Below are positions 9,809 to 19,067 of a stretch of DNA of 64,000 nt, piece after piece. The position numbers and the translations under genes were made by a program. The notes below the pieces were generated by a model. It had not been told where the DNA came from, did no database searches, and saw only the letters and a program-made list of their open reading frames with translations. The DNA is from Sphingomonadales bacterium (GTDB lineage Bacteria > Pseudomonadota > Alphaproteobacteria > CAZZKF01): the NCBI GenBank assembly GCA_046756385.1, contig JBHHWG010000004.1, forward strand, positions 5,938-69,937, read 5' to 3'. Every line of letters begins with the position of its first letter. The first letter of the stretch is position 1.

Positions 9809-11287
9809 CTACCCGCCCATGTCCATCGATGCGCCGCTCGGTCCGCGGGGCCCAATATGCTCCGCAAGGAAATCCGGATTTCGCGCCAATATCGCGTCAT
9901 AACATTCAATGGCGGCGTCGACCCAGTCGCGCATCAGATCGCAATAAAGGTATGTCGGACTCTTCGGGTCGTGATAGTTCAGATATGATTCATGATAACA
10001 GCCCCCGGCGCACAGGTTGCGTATCCAGCAGGTCCGGCACGAACTATCATCGAGATTGGCCGCATCTTCCAGAAACCGCGCCAGCTCGTCCTTCCTGATG
10101 CCCTCACGAACTGTCCCAAAGGTCTGGAAATCCGAGCCCGCAAAACGGTGGCACAAGGCCAGACTGCCCTTGGGCTCAACCCCCAGCAGCCCCACACCGG
10201 CGCCGCAGGGCAAGGTCTTGCGATTGCCGTGGTGGAGGTCGGCCAGAAGCTTTTGCAGATTGGAAAATCCGATATTGCGACCGGCAATCGCCGCGTCCCG
10301 GTAGCTTCGGCCCAATGCTTTCATATTTTCGAAAAACTCGGCCAGTTCATCCCCGGTCAATTTGAACCGGCTGGAGCCGTCGGATGTGACCGGCGCGAAG
10401 CCCACCTCGGTAAAACCCAGCTCATGGAACAGATGGTGGTGGATCGCGGCAACGTCGATTGCGCCCGCGGTAACGGTCACCCGCGCGCCGACCGGGCCCG
10501 CCTTGTAACGACCCAGCAGCATGCGCGTTTTTTCGGCTACCAGATCGTAGCTTCCGGCGCCGCGCCTGGTTTTTCGGTGACGATCGTGTACCGCTTTGGG
10601 ACCGTCGATGGACAGTGAAATGGCGAAATTATGCCCGCCCAGGAAATCGACTGATTGCTCGGTCAGCAGGGTCGCATTGGTGGTCAGCGAAAAGTTGGGG
10701 CATTTGCCCAATGCCTGGCAACGGCCCTCGGCATAGGCCACAACGGCTTTAATCAGCGGCATGTTGCTCAACGGCTCGCCGCCAAAGAAAACGACATTTA
10801 CCCGCTCCCGGTCCCCGCTTTCTCCAAGCAGCAAATCAATGCTTCGGGCGGCGGTTTCGAAATCCATGCGGATCGCGCCCGACGGCCGGGTCAGGTCCTC
10901 TTTGTAACAATAGTCGCAGGCGAGATTGCAACCGGTTGTAACATTGATGACCATGGTGCTGAGCGGAAAATTCCTGATCGCGACGGGTTGCCGTCTGGTG
11001 GCCTTCGCCTGTCCTGAGACAAGGATTCCAAGCTCCTTGAACTCACGGATCGTTTGCGCGATTTCAGCCGCCGGGAAGCGGCCGTCAAAATGCCGTTCAA
11101 TATCTGGCGCGTGGATTTCGCCGGTCGACTTGAAAAGGTCGTAGACGGCGACGCCGGCGTCATCAAGCTCGAACATGGCTGTCGTCGGCACATGAAAAAC
11201 GATGCGCCGACCGTTGGTCGCGACATCGTGGACATCCCGCCGAACCATTCGGAGACCGGCCATCGGATCCTCAAACAACGAATACAA
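9809..11287 (-). CDS. Radical SAM / SPASM-domain peptide-modifying enzyme with N-terminal PqqD-like RRE (QhpD-like)
   Basis: CNLACDYC is the CX3CX2C radical-SAM motif. The C-terminal Cys-rich region (CRTCWIRNLCAGGCYHESY) is the SPASM auxiliary cluster. An ~100-aa N-terminal extension (VYDLFKSTGEIHAPDIERHFDGRFPAAEIAQTIREFKELGILV) resembles a PqqD-type RiPP recognition element. Confidence 0.85.
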   Translation of the reverse strand: MYSLFEDPMAGLRMVRRDVHDVATNGRRIVFHVPTTAMFELDDAGVAVYDLFKSTGEIHAPDIERHFDGRFPAAEIAQTIREFKELGILVSGQAKATRRQPVAIRNFPLSTMVINVTTGCNLACDYCYKEDLTRPSGAIRMDFETAARSIDLLLGESGDRERVNVVFFGGEPLSNMPLIKAVVAYAEGRCQALGKCPNFSLTTNATLLTEQSVDFLGGHNFAISLSIDGPKAVHDRHRKTRRGAGSYDLVAEKTRMLLGRYKAGPVGARVTVTAGAIDVAAIHHHLFHELGFTEVGFAPVTSDGSSRFKLTGDELAEFFENMKALGRSYRDAAIAGRNIGFSNLQKLLADLHHGNRKTLPCGAGVGLLGVEPKGSLALCHRFAGSDFQTFGTVREGIRKDELARFLEDAANLDDSSCRTCWIRNLCAGGCYHESYLNYHDPKSPTYLYCDLMRDWVDAAIECYDAILARNPDFLAEHIGPRGPSGASMDMGG

Positions 11288-11332
11288 CCACCGTCAAGTG
11301 TACCAAACACGCTGGCTGCCGGAAAGCGCCCC

Positions 11333-11495
11333 TAGAGCACTTTCAGCTCTTATGGAATCATTTGATGGGCGGGAGCGTCTCGTCCGGCAAGGCGCGGCGC
11401 GCCGCGCGATACGGTGTATCGGGCAAGCGTCGCAACGCCGCCACAACGCAAAATCAGCCCGGTCAAATGCCCCCATAAAAGCTGAAAGTGCTCTA
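11333..11495. repeat. Perfect 16-bp inverted repeat (TAGAGCACTTTCAGCT ... AGCTGAAAGTGCTCTA) flanking a 131-bp spacer, in the divergent rSAM / ABC-importer intergenic region
   Basis: Arms at 11333-11348 and 11480-11495 are exact reverse complements. Partial matches extend to about 21 bp. Confidence 0.6.
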
Positions 11496-11594
11496 TTATC
11501 GACGAAAACAGTGCCGCCAACCGCCGCTGTTGCCTAAGTTACAGGATATGAGCTATCACGGCGTCGATCATTGCTTCAGTCAGAGACCAAGGGC

Positions 11595-12299
11595 ATGAGC
11601 GACCTAGCCGCCGCATTCGCCGCCGCGTTCGATTTGATCGTCTCGCTCGATGCCGAGCTGATGGAGATCGTCGGACGTTCGCTCGCGATCAGCCTTTCGG
11701 CTGTGGCCATCGCCGCCGTGATCGGCCTGCCGCTGGGAGCGGTCCTCGCGGTGATCCGATTTCCGGGCCGGCAGTTCGCAATCATTGTGTTGAACGCCCT
11801 GATGGGCATTCCCCCTGTCGTGGTCGGCGTGGTGATCTACCTGCTATTGTCGCGCTCCGGACCGCTCGGCACATTCGGCCTGCTGTTCTCGCCGTGGGCC
11901 ATGATTATCGCCCAGACCTGCCTGATCACGCCAATCGTCGCCGCACTCAGCCGCCAGATCGTCGATGACCTTTTCGCCGAATACCGGGAATTGCTGAAAT
12001 CGCTTGGCGTCGGGCCCGTCCGGGCGATCCGCACGCTGTTGTGGGACGGCCGGCTGAGCCTGCTGACGGCCGTTCTTGCCGGCTTTGGACGCGCCGCTGG
12101 CGAAGTGGGCGCGGTGCTGATCGTGGGCGGCAATATCGACCATGTCACCCGGGTCATGACCACGGCAATCGCCCTTGAGACCAGCAAGGGACAACTGGCT
12201 CTCGCGGTCGGTCTGGGCATGATCGTCCTGCTGTTATCGATCGGCGTCAACGCGGCGGCCATGCTGACGGGTCAAGCCGCAAAGCGATTGCGGAGCTAA
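11595..12299 (+). CDS. ABC transporter permease, tungstate/molybdate-type (TupB/ModB-like)
   Basis: About 235 aa with 5-6 TM segments. The EAA-like loop (LFAEYRELLKSLGVGPVRAIRTLLWDGRL) and small size are typical of oxoanion ABC permeases. Confidence 0.65.
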   Translation: MSDLAAAFAAAFDLIVSLDAELMEIVGRSLAISLSAVAIAAVIGLPLGAVLAVIRFPGRQFAIIVLNALMGIPPVVVGVVIYLLLSRSGPLGTFGLLFSPWAMIIAQTCLITPIVAALSRQIVDDLFAEYRELLKSLGVGPVRAIRTLLWDGRLSLLTAVLAGFGRAAGEVGAVLIVGGNIDHVTRVMTTAIALETSKGQLALAVGLGMIVLLLSIGVNAAAMLTGQAAKRLRS

Positions 12300-13051
12300 T
12301 GGAAGCAACGGTTACGAATACGGCCCCGCCGGTGGAGAACACCGGCATTCTGCCCCTGGCGCTCGACCGGGTCAGTTTCAGCGCCGGTGGCCAGGCCCTG
12401 ATCGACGAGATTTCGCTCCAGCTTGACGCCGGGCCAATGACCTTGCTGCTGGGGCCCAATGGCGCCGGCAAGAGCTTGCTGCTGCGATTGTGCCATGGCC
12501 TGGTCAACCCCACGTCCGGCTCCATCCAGTGGCGCGGGCCGGGCGGAGCACAATCGAACAGGGCTCAGGCCATGGTTTTTCAGCGGCCGGTGATGCTGCG
12601 TCGTTCCGCGCGCGGCAACCTGATCTATGCCCTGGCGGTGTCCGGCTGGTCGCGACGTGACCGCGGGGAACGGGTTGAGCGCATGCTGGAACGGGCGGGA
12701 CTTGAGGATATTGCCGATCGCTCGGCCTGGGTGCTGTCAGGCGGCGAGCAACAGAGGCTGGCGCTGGCGCGCGCCTGGATAATGGAACCGCAGGTGCTTT
12801 TCCTTGATGAGCCGACGGCCAATCTGGACCCGGCGGCGACCCGGGCGGTGGAGGGCATGATACGGGCCATTCATGAAGCAGGCACCAAGATCGTCATGAC
12901 CACCCACGACCTTGGCCAAGCGCGCCGTCTGGCCGATGAAGTTATGTTCATTTATCAGGGCGCCATCACCGAACGGGCCGCGGCGAACACGTTTTTCGCG
13001 GGACCGACGACCAGCGAGGCAGCCGCATATGTCGAGGGGCGCTTACCATGA
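12299..13051 (+). CDS. ABC transporter ATP-binding protein
   Basis: Walker A GPNGAGKS, signature LSGGEQQRLALARA, Walker B LFLDEPTANLD. ATGG overlap with the permease gene. Confidence 0.8.
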   Translation: MEATVTNTAPPVENTGILPLALDRVSFSAGGQALIDEISLQLDAGPMTLLLGPNGAGKSLLLRLCHGLVNPTSGSIQWRGPGGAQSNRAQAMVFQRPVMLRRSARGNLIYALAVSGWSRRDRGERVERMLERAGLEDIADRSAWVLSGGEQQRLALARAWIMEPQVLFLDEPTANLDPAATRAVEGMIRAIHEAGTKIVMTTHDLGQARRLADEVMFIYQGAITERAAANTFFAGPTTSEAAAYVEGRLP

Positions 13052-13911
13052 TCCGATTGCTTGGAAGGCGGGCGTGGGGCGCCGCATTGACCGTGTCCCT
13101 CCTGACCTTCACCGTCGCAAACGAGACCCACGGCGCCGGTCGCCACATCACTGTGGCTTCGACGACATCGACCGAAAATTCAGGCTTGTTCGACCACGTC
13201 CTGCCCCTATTCGAAACCCGAACCGGTATCTCGGTTCGGGTGATCGCAAAGGGCACCGGTCAGGCTATTGAAATAGCGCGGCGCGGCGATGCTGACGTTT
13301 TGCTCGTCCATCACCGACCGTCGGAAGAGAAATTCGTCGCCCAGGGCTTCGGACTGAAGCGCCGGGAAGTGATGTACAACGATTTCGTAATTGTGGGTCC
13401 CCGCGACGATCCCGCGGACATCGGCGGCGGCCATGATGCGCTAACAGCGTTGCGGCTGATCGCGGCCAGCAGCGCGCCGTTTCTGTCACGCGGTGACGAA
13501 AGCGGCACCCATCGGCGTGAACTGGCGCTGTGGCGCGAAGCCGCGCTTGATGTCGATGGAGCGGGCTTTTCCTGGTATCGGGAGGCCGGCGCGGGCATGG
13601 GCGCCGCCCTCAACATCGCCGCTGAGGCGGAAGCCTACATCCTGGCCGACCGGGGGACCTGGCTGGGTTTCCACAACAAACGAAACCTGGAAATTCTGGT
13701 TGAGGGGGATAAGCGGCTGATCAACATTTACAGCGTTATCCTGGTCAATCCGGTCAGGCATCCCCACGTCAAGGCGAAGGACGGTCGGACATTTATCGAG
13801 TGGCTGCTCTCCCCCCCGGGACAGGCGGCAATCGCCGGCTTTCGCATCGCCGGCGAACAGCCCTTTTTTCCTCTTGGAACGACGGGCGCTTACGGAACCA
13901 GGCCGCGGTAA
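13048..13911 (+). CDS. Periplasmic substrate-binding protein, tungstate-binding TupA-like
   Basis: Signal peptide. The TTSTENSGL motif is characteristic of TupA/WtpA-type oxoanion-binding proteins. Gene coupling to the permease and ATPase. Confidence 0.6.
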   Translation: MIRLLGRRAWGAALTVSLLTFTVANETHGAGRHITVASTTSTENSGLFDHVLPLFETRTGISVRVIAKGTGQAIEIARRGDADVLLVHHRPSEEKFVAQGFGLKRREVMYNDFVIVGPRDDPADIGGGHDALTALRLIAASSAPFLSRGDESGTHRRELALWREAALDVDGAGFSWYREAGAGMGAALNIAAEAEAYILADRGTWLGFHNKRNLEILVEGDKRLINIYSVILVNPVRHPHVKAKDGRTFIEWLLSPPGQAAIAGFRIAGEQPFFPLGTTGAYGTRPR

Positions 13912-15221
13912 CGCAGCCAGTCGCGGGCTACGGCGGCCTCTCCGAAGGTTACCTTGAACCGACGCACCGCGAGTTCGAGCGAACTGCCCTTGTTTTCAAG
14001 AAATTCAAGCAAGGAAACCACAGGGACGCCCGCCACTCGCCATATTCCGCGCGGGTGATCGGGCATCACCAGGACGTCGGCCGCCTTGATGACGTGCCCG
14101 TCGACCACCGGCCGGCGGGCAATTACAATTTCATCCGGCGGCCAATGAACGAACATGGGTTGGCGTTTCAGCGGCTGTCGCCGGCCGCGCCAGAAGGGCC
14201 GCTCCGGCCAGCGTGTCTCGCCGGCATAAAACTCGCGCCCGACATCGATCGCGTGGGCAAAGCGGGTTCCCGCCCGGTAGTGGTAAAAATCAATCGCGAG
14301 ATCGGCACGCTCCGGGTGTCGGATCAGTGTGATGATCACCGGCACCGCCGCCAGCGCGCAACCGAGAGCCTCGAACACGCCGTGGCCGGACAGCGGATCA
14401 AGGGCGATCGCGGCATCACCGACACGGATCACGCCACGCTCAATCGTCGGTTCGCAAAGCACCGGCCCCGCCGCCCGGGCGATGACCGGACCCACCGGCC
14501 GGGCCCCGGTGAGCCAGACCGCGGCTTCGGGAATGCGGGCGATCAGATCGCCGTAAAACCGATTCAATTTCTCTCGGGACGGCATTTGCCCCCGGCCACC
14601 GGCTACAAAAACCTGCAACACTGCCTGGCCTTCGTGGTCGGCGGCAAACCAGGCCCACCCGTCATCAAACGACGCGGTGGCGCTGAACGAGCCCATGTCT
14701 GAGGCAATTTGCCACTCCCGCACCAGCGCGGCCGTCTCTGGGGCCGCCACTCGCCGCCCCTTCGAACGAGGCGCCTGCCGGCCGCGTGCCTCAACAATGA
14801 CACCGGCTTCGAGTTCCATCTTGTCCCACCGCGACGGCCGAAGTGTGACCGTGGCGCCATGTTCGCCGGTTCTAATGGCGCCCACGGCCGCGTCAATCAC
14901 CGTCGCGTCGGACAGGCGGAGGGTTTTGAGGAGCACGGCGTCAAACCGGGCCCGGTTGACGATCCGCTCCCGGTTGACGGTGCTGGTCTCGCAGCGCCAC
15001 GAAGCCCGGCGTTCAATCCGGGGCCCCAATGTTGCGAGCGCCGCACCCAGACCCACCGACTTCAACACCGCTTCGGTACGCGCCGGCAAGCCCTCAATCG
15101 CGAGTACGCGTCGCGGCCTCGTGACCAGCGCAACGCGATGGCCGAGCCGCGATAGCCCCAGCGCGGTCGCGCACCCCGCCGGCCCGCCGCCCAGAACGAC
15201 AATGTCGAAACGCTCCACCAT
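13890..15221 (-). CDS. FAD-dependent monooxygenase (flavin halogenase/hydroxylase fold), QhpG-like
   Basis: N-terminal dinucleotide-binding motif IVVLGGGPAGCATA. GDAAIALDPLSGHGV is the GDAAxxxDPxxGxG motif of group-A flavoprotein monooxygenases. An extra ~100-aa C-terminal domain is present. Confidence 0.8.
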   Translation of the reverse strand: MVERFDIVVLGGGPAGCATALGLSRLGHRVALVTRPRRVLAIEGLPARTEAVLKSVGLGAALATLGPRIERRASWRCETSTVNRERIVNRARFDAVLLKTLRLSDATVIDAAVGAIRTGEHGATVTLRPSRWDKMELEAGVIVEARGRQAPRSKGRRVAAPETAALVREWQIASDMGSFSATASFDDGWAWFAADHEGQAVLQVFVAGGRGQMPSREKLNRFYGDLIARIPEAAVWLTGARPVGPVIARAAGPVLCEPTIERGVIRVGDAAIALDPLSGHGVFEALGCALAAVPVIITLIRHPERADLAIDFYHYRAGTRFAHAIDVGREFYAGETRWPERPFWRGRRQPLKRQPMFVHWPPDEIVIARRPVVDGHVIKAADVLVMPDHPRGIWRVAGVPVVSLLEFLENKGSSLELAVRRFKVTFGEAAVARDWLRYRGLVP

Positions 15222-15418
15222 TATCTGAAAAACTACATGAACGCCTCAACCAAGGCAACGGACGTTGGGCGCGAACCCGATCTGACGCGCCGATTTCGTG
15301 TCGTTTCATCAACTCATTAAGACTAAAATAAGATTTTTCGCCGAAACTCCAATTTAGCTTCAGTGACGGATGGGTGCCCCCTTCCACATATGTTGCAAAG
15401 CGGTGACCAAAGAAAACT

Positions 15419-16438
15419 TTGTGTTACTCAAAACGAAATTCCAGTAGTCAAACGATAGCCTTTGAGCATGGTGGTGGCTTGTTTAGACAACTTGCGGTCG
15501 GTCTGATCGCCCTATGTTGGCTCGCCTCCGGGGCCGGCCCTGTTGAGGCGGCGGAGCAGCCCAATGCGAGGGCCCTGAGAGCCCATGCGCTTATTATCGG
15601 GGAACTAAAACTCCTGCACCAGGCGGACCTTGTATCGTTCGACCCCGCGTCGGTGCGCGTGCCTCACGACGACCGCCAAATTCGCCATGTGATGCAGCGT
15701 GCCCGGAAGTTAATGGGGCGGGTCCAGAAGCTTCGATTCATGAATGGTCTGCCGCGCAACCGCGCTGCCCCGATAGAGGCCAAAATTATTGGCACTGAGG
15801 ACCTCGCGGCCATGATCGAAGCCATCCTGCGCGAAGTCCGGGAGTTGCGCCCGATTTATCGGATCAGCAATGTCAAACCGCCGCGGGATTTCGCCGCCGA
15901 CGGCACGCTGAAAGATATCATGCAAGGGCTGGCGCTGGCCGACGCCATGGTCGAGGCTTTGGGCGTTCCGGCTCCCGTACCCAACGACGTCTATCGGACC
16001 GCACTGTCGATCAATGCCGCGCTCGATAGGCTTTTGTCGGCCCGTGGGCTGAAACCGGTCGAGGTCAAAGCGACGGAACGCAACAAGGTGCCGACCGATG
16101 TCTACGCACGTGTCCATGAGTTTCTCGAACTCCTGAAACGCACGGTGGAGGAACAACCGGATTTCAACATCCCGGGCGGCATCACATTGCCGGGACGCAA
16201 GACGGAGCCCATCAAGCCAAAGGACGTCCTCGACCTGCTTGACGACATGCTGGCCGACATCCTGGCCTTAAAGGCGGCGATAGGAATCCGGGCGCCGGCC
16301 GAGTTCACCCGGGAACAGGTTGGAAAAACACCAAGCGACGTTTTCGACCAGATCAGCAGAGCCCTGTTCAACCTGAACCGGCTGCGCCTGCAAACCCGAC
16401 GGCAAACGAAATTCGGAGGCACTCGGAATGCCGAGTGA
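15419..16438 (+). CDS. Hypothetical secreted/periplasmic protein, probably coupled to the sensor kinase
   Basis: Hydrophobic signal-like segment LAVGLIALCWLASGAGPVEAAEQ. The start is uncertain (an internal TTG at 15479 is possible). The stop overlaps the kinase start. Confidence 0.45.
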   Translation: MCYSKRNSSSQTIAFEHGGGLFRQLAVGLIALCWLASGAGPVEAAEQPNARALRAHALIIGELKLLHQADLVSFDPASVRVPHDDRQIRHVMQRARKLMGRVQKLRFMNGLPRNRAAPIEAKIIGTEDLAAMIEAILREVRELRPIYRISNVKPPRDFAADGTLKDIMQGLALADAMVEALGVPAPVPNDVYRTALSINAALDRLLSARGLKPVEVKATERNKVPTDVYARVHEFLELLKRTVEEQPDFNIPGGITLPGRKTEPIKPKDVLDLLDDMLADILALKAAIGIRAPAEFTREQVGKTPSDVFDQISRALFNLNRLRLQTRRQTKFGGTRNAE

Positions 16439-18155
16439 CGCCAGGGGAATGACATGCGGAAACGGTCCTGCCGTTGTCGGCGGGCGCACCAAGGGGGCCG
16501 GCAAATTTTCAGGCGTCGGCGCCAAAGTGTTTTTGCTGGCGGTCGTCCCGGTTCTCACGATTGCCGGCTTGAGCGCCCAGATCGCGCTCAACAATATCAG
16601 TTACACGAAAACAGCGGTCGAAAGCCGCAACGTTGAGGAACGTGAATCCGCCAGACTGAACCGGAACGCCCTGGCTGTACAGGAACAGATGCTTGAGCTG
16701 ACACAGGCGATCAGCAAGGTTGTCAGGCGGCATCAGGAAAACCTCCTTCTACCCAGCCGTGGAGCTTCTGGCGACGTTCTGGCTGGGCGCCGCGTCGCCC
16801 GGCAATGCATCAAGGATTTTAACGATACAGTTCAAAACCTGGCCGCTCTGATCTCCGATTTCGAACCGTTGGACATTGGCGCGGACGGCACCGAACTGGC
16901 CCAGGAGCTGGAGCAACGCATGTCCTATCTGGCCCGCTGGTCCAATAATCTGCCTCGGCTGTTCAAACTGTTCGAGCAGGCGAACGACCGCACGACGACG
17001 GCGCTGCAGTCCGGCGATTCCGCCAGCGCCATGGCCAACTACATTTACGAGGAAACGTCCCACCTTGCCGTCCTGGATAACCGCGTGAACAAGATGTCCG
17101 CGGTATTGGGAGACATGGTCGAAAGTTTATCGACGCTTCAAGGCTTTGAACGGGAGGCCTCGGCGGCCCGAATCCTTGAAGAAATTGCATCATCCAACCT
17201 TCGCATTTTGACCCTGATCGCAACAACGACCTTTATATTGTTGGGCGTGGCCGTCGCCTACTCCCATTTCGGCCTGACAAAACCACTGGTTCGGCTGATT
17301 GCCTCCATGAAGGAACTTGGCAACGGCAATAAGAAGATAGAGATTCCGACCGGGGCCGGGGAGATCGGCGAAATGGCCCATACATTGGCGGTGTTCCGGG
17401 ATAATGCCGTTGCCAAGGAAGCCGCCGAGGAACAGTTGATTCAAGCGCAAAAAATGGAGTCGATCGGCCAGCTCACGGGCGGCGTCGCGCATGATTTCAA
17501 CAACCTGCTGTGTGTCGTCCTGGGCAATCTGGAACTGCTTCAGGAAAAACTGGAACATGACGAGCATCTGCGGAAATTGGTTCAGCGCGCCATCGGCGCC
17601 GCCGACAAGGGCGCGGTGCTGGTGCAGCGATTACTGGCATTCTCGCGCAAGCAAACCCTGATGCCCAAGGAAACGGACATTGGCGACATGGTCGAGGGCA
17701 TGTCCGGTTTACTGCGCCGGACGCTCGGCGAATGGGTCGAGATCAGGACTGAAACGGAAGACGAACCGTGCATCGCGCGGATCGATTCGGCGCAACTGGA
17801 AAATGTTCTGCTGAATCTTGCGCTGAACGCCCGCGACGCCATGTCCAGCAGGGGGACGTTGACGATTGCGGCCAGGAATACATACCTGGACGACACCCGT
17901 CTGACCGATCACGAGGGCCTGGAACCGGGGCATTTCGTATTGGTTTCAGCAACCGATACTGGCGAAGGCATACCGGCGGAACATCTTGAGAGGGTCTTCG
18001 AGCCGTTCTTCACCACCAAGGAAGTGGGCAAGGGAAGCGGCCTCGGCCTGTCGATGATTTATGGTTTCGTCAAGCAGTCAGGCGGCCATATCGAAATCGA
18101 AAGCCACGTCGGGACTGGCACTTCAATCCGAATTTATCTGCCGCGAGTTCTTTAA
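16428..18155 (+). CDS. Sensor histidine kinase (periplasmic sensor, HAMP, HisKA, HATPase_c)
   Basis: Two TM segments flank a ~230-aa periplasmic region. H-box [21 protein letters not shown]1 and G2 boxes near the C-terminus ([11 protein letters not shown]). No receiver domain. Confidence 0.85.
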   Translation: MPSDARGMTCGNGPAVVGGRTKGAGKFSGVGAKVFLLAVVPVLTIAGLSAQIALNNISYTKTAVESRNVEERESARLNRNALAVQEQMLELTQAISKVVRRHQENLLLPSRGASGDVLAGRRVARQCIKDFNDTVQNLAALISDFEPLDIGADGTELAQELEQRMSYLARWSNNLPRLFKLFEQANDRTTTALQSGDSASAMANYIYEETSHLAVLDNRVNKMSAVLGDMVESLSTLQGFEREASAARILEEIASSNLRILTLIATTTFILLGVAVAYSHFGLTKPLVRLIASMKELGNGNKKIEIPTGAGEIGEMAHTLAVFRDNAVAKEAAEEQLIQAQKMESIGQLTGGVAHDFNNLLCVVLGNLELLQEKLEHDEHLRKLVQRAIGAADKGAVLVQRLLAFSRKQTLMPKETDIGDMVEGMSGLLRRTLGEWVEIRTETEDEPCIARIDSAQLENVLLNLALNARDAMSSRGTLTIAARNTYLDDTRLTDHEGLEPGHFVLVSATDTGEGIPAEHLERVFEPFFTTKEVGKGSGLGLSMIYGFVKQSGGHIEIESHVGTGTSIRIYLPRVL

Positions 18156-18156
18156 C

Positions 18157-18180
18157 GGGCGCCCCGCCCTCGGGGCGCCC
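18157..18180. terminator. Bidirectional stem-loop terminator between convergent genes
   Basis: Perfect 10-bp stem GGGCGCCCCG-ccct-CGGGGCGCCC immediately after the kinase stop and before the convergent DUF2231-like gene. Confidence 0.5.
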
Positions 18181-18188
18181 ATCCAAAA

Positions 18189-18788
18189 TCAGTGACTGTG
18201 GTCGTCGCCCTCACTGTGGTCGTGCTCTGGTGCGGGATCAGGCTCGTGATCATGGCCGGCCGCACCGTCGCCATGCTTGTGGCCTTCAGTTTCATGCTCA
18301 TGAGCCGCCACGCCCCGAGCATGGCTGTGATCGGCTTCCTTGGGCAACGACATCACGCCGAGGCCATATCGGTAAACCAGATCGGCGCCCTTGTAGCCGG
18401 TGTTAAGAAGCGCCGCTGAAGCCAGCACGATCAGGCCGGTGAACAGCCAACCGACCGGACGCCCTTTCCGTTTGGCAATCACCGACCAGATCGCCAGCAC
18501 CAGAAAGGCCACCGTGGTAAGCGTCCCCCACTGCGCGTGCATCACCATCGCGGCATGGGATGTGTCGTCATGAGTGACCGACCCGAAAGCGTGCCGTCCC
18601 GCCAGATAGGTCATCACCGTGACCGCGGCGCCGAGCCACAGATTCCACAACGCCGCCCGCGTCATGCCCGCCGACCATGCCGCGCCTGGCAATACCTTCG
18701 CGATAACGAAGAACAATCCGGCGCTCAGATAAAGCGCCAACGTGAAGTGAACCAGAAATGGATGCCAGTTAGGAATAATCTCAAACAT
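18189..18788 (-). CDS. DUF2231-like integral membrane protein with His-rich acidic C-terminal tail
   Basis: Four predicted TM helices. C-terminal tail HEHETEGHKHGDGAAGHDHEPDPAPEHDHSEGDDHSH. The start was chosen at MFEII, which has a GAGGGA ribosome-binding site; the ORF extends to 18845. Confidence 0.55.
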   Translation of the reverse strand: MFEIIPNWHPFLVHFTLALYLSAGLFFVIAKVLPGAAWSAGMTRAALWNLWLGAAVTVMTYLAGRHAFGSVTHDDTSHAAMVMHAQWGTLTTVAFLVLAIWSVIAKRKGRPVGWLFTGLIVLASAALLNTGYKGADLVYRYGLGVMSLPKEADHSHARGVAAHEHETEGHKHGDGAAGHDHEPDPAPEHDHSEGDDHSH

Positions 18789-19067
18789 GTGTCGTCCCTC
18801 AATTACTGAACCCCACGCCGAATGAACTAATGGCAGATAAATCACGGCGTTGCAATCGGCTTGAACCTGGTTTTAAGCATGACGGATGAGGCGCAACTGT
18901 TATTGGCCGTCAGGAACTGTCGGAAATCTTTACAGATTCGGGAGAAAGCAGCCCAGCGCTGTCGTAAGCCCCTGAAAAACAAGGAATGGCATCATTTTTG
19001 CGTTTCCAACTACGGGAAAGCGCGCCAGCCTCCGGCCGCTATCGCATCCGGATTGAGGAATTCAACG

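Noticed and set aside
11571-13911. ABC importer as part of the peptide-maturation cluster
   Set aside because: The TTST motif and the small permease point to a tungstate/molybdate-type oxoanion importer, with no obvious role in peptide maturation. Treated as an unrelated insertion between the rSAM operon and the flavoprotein.
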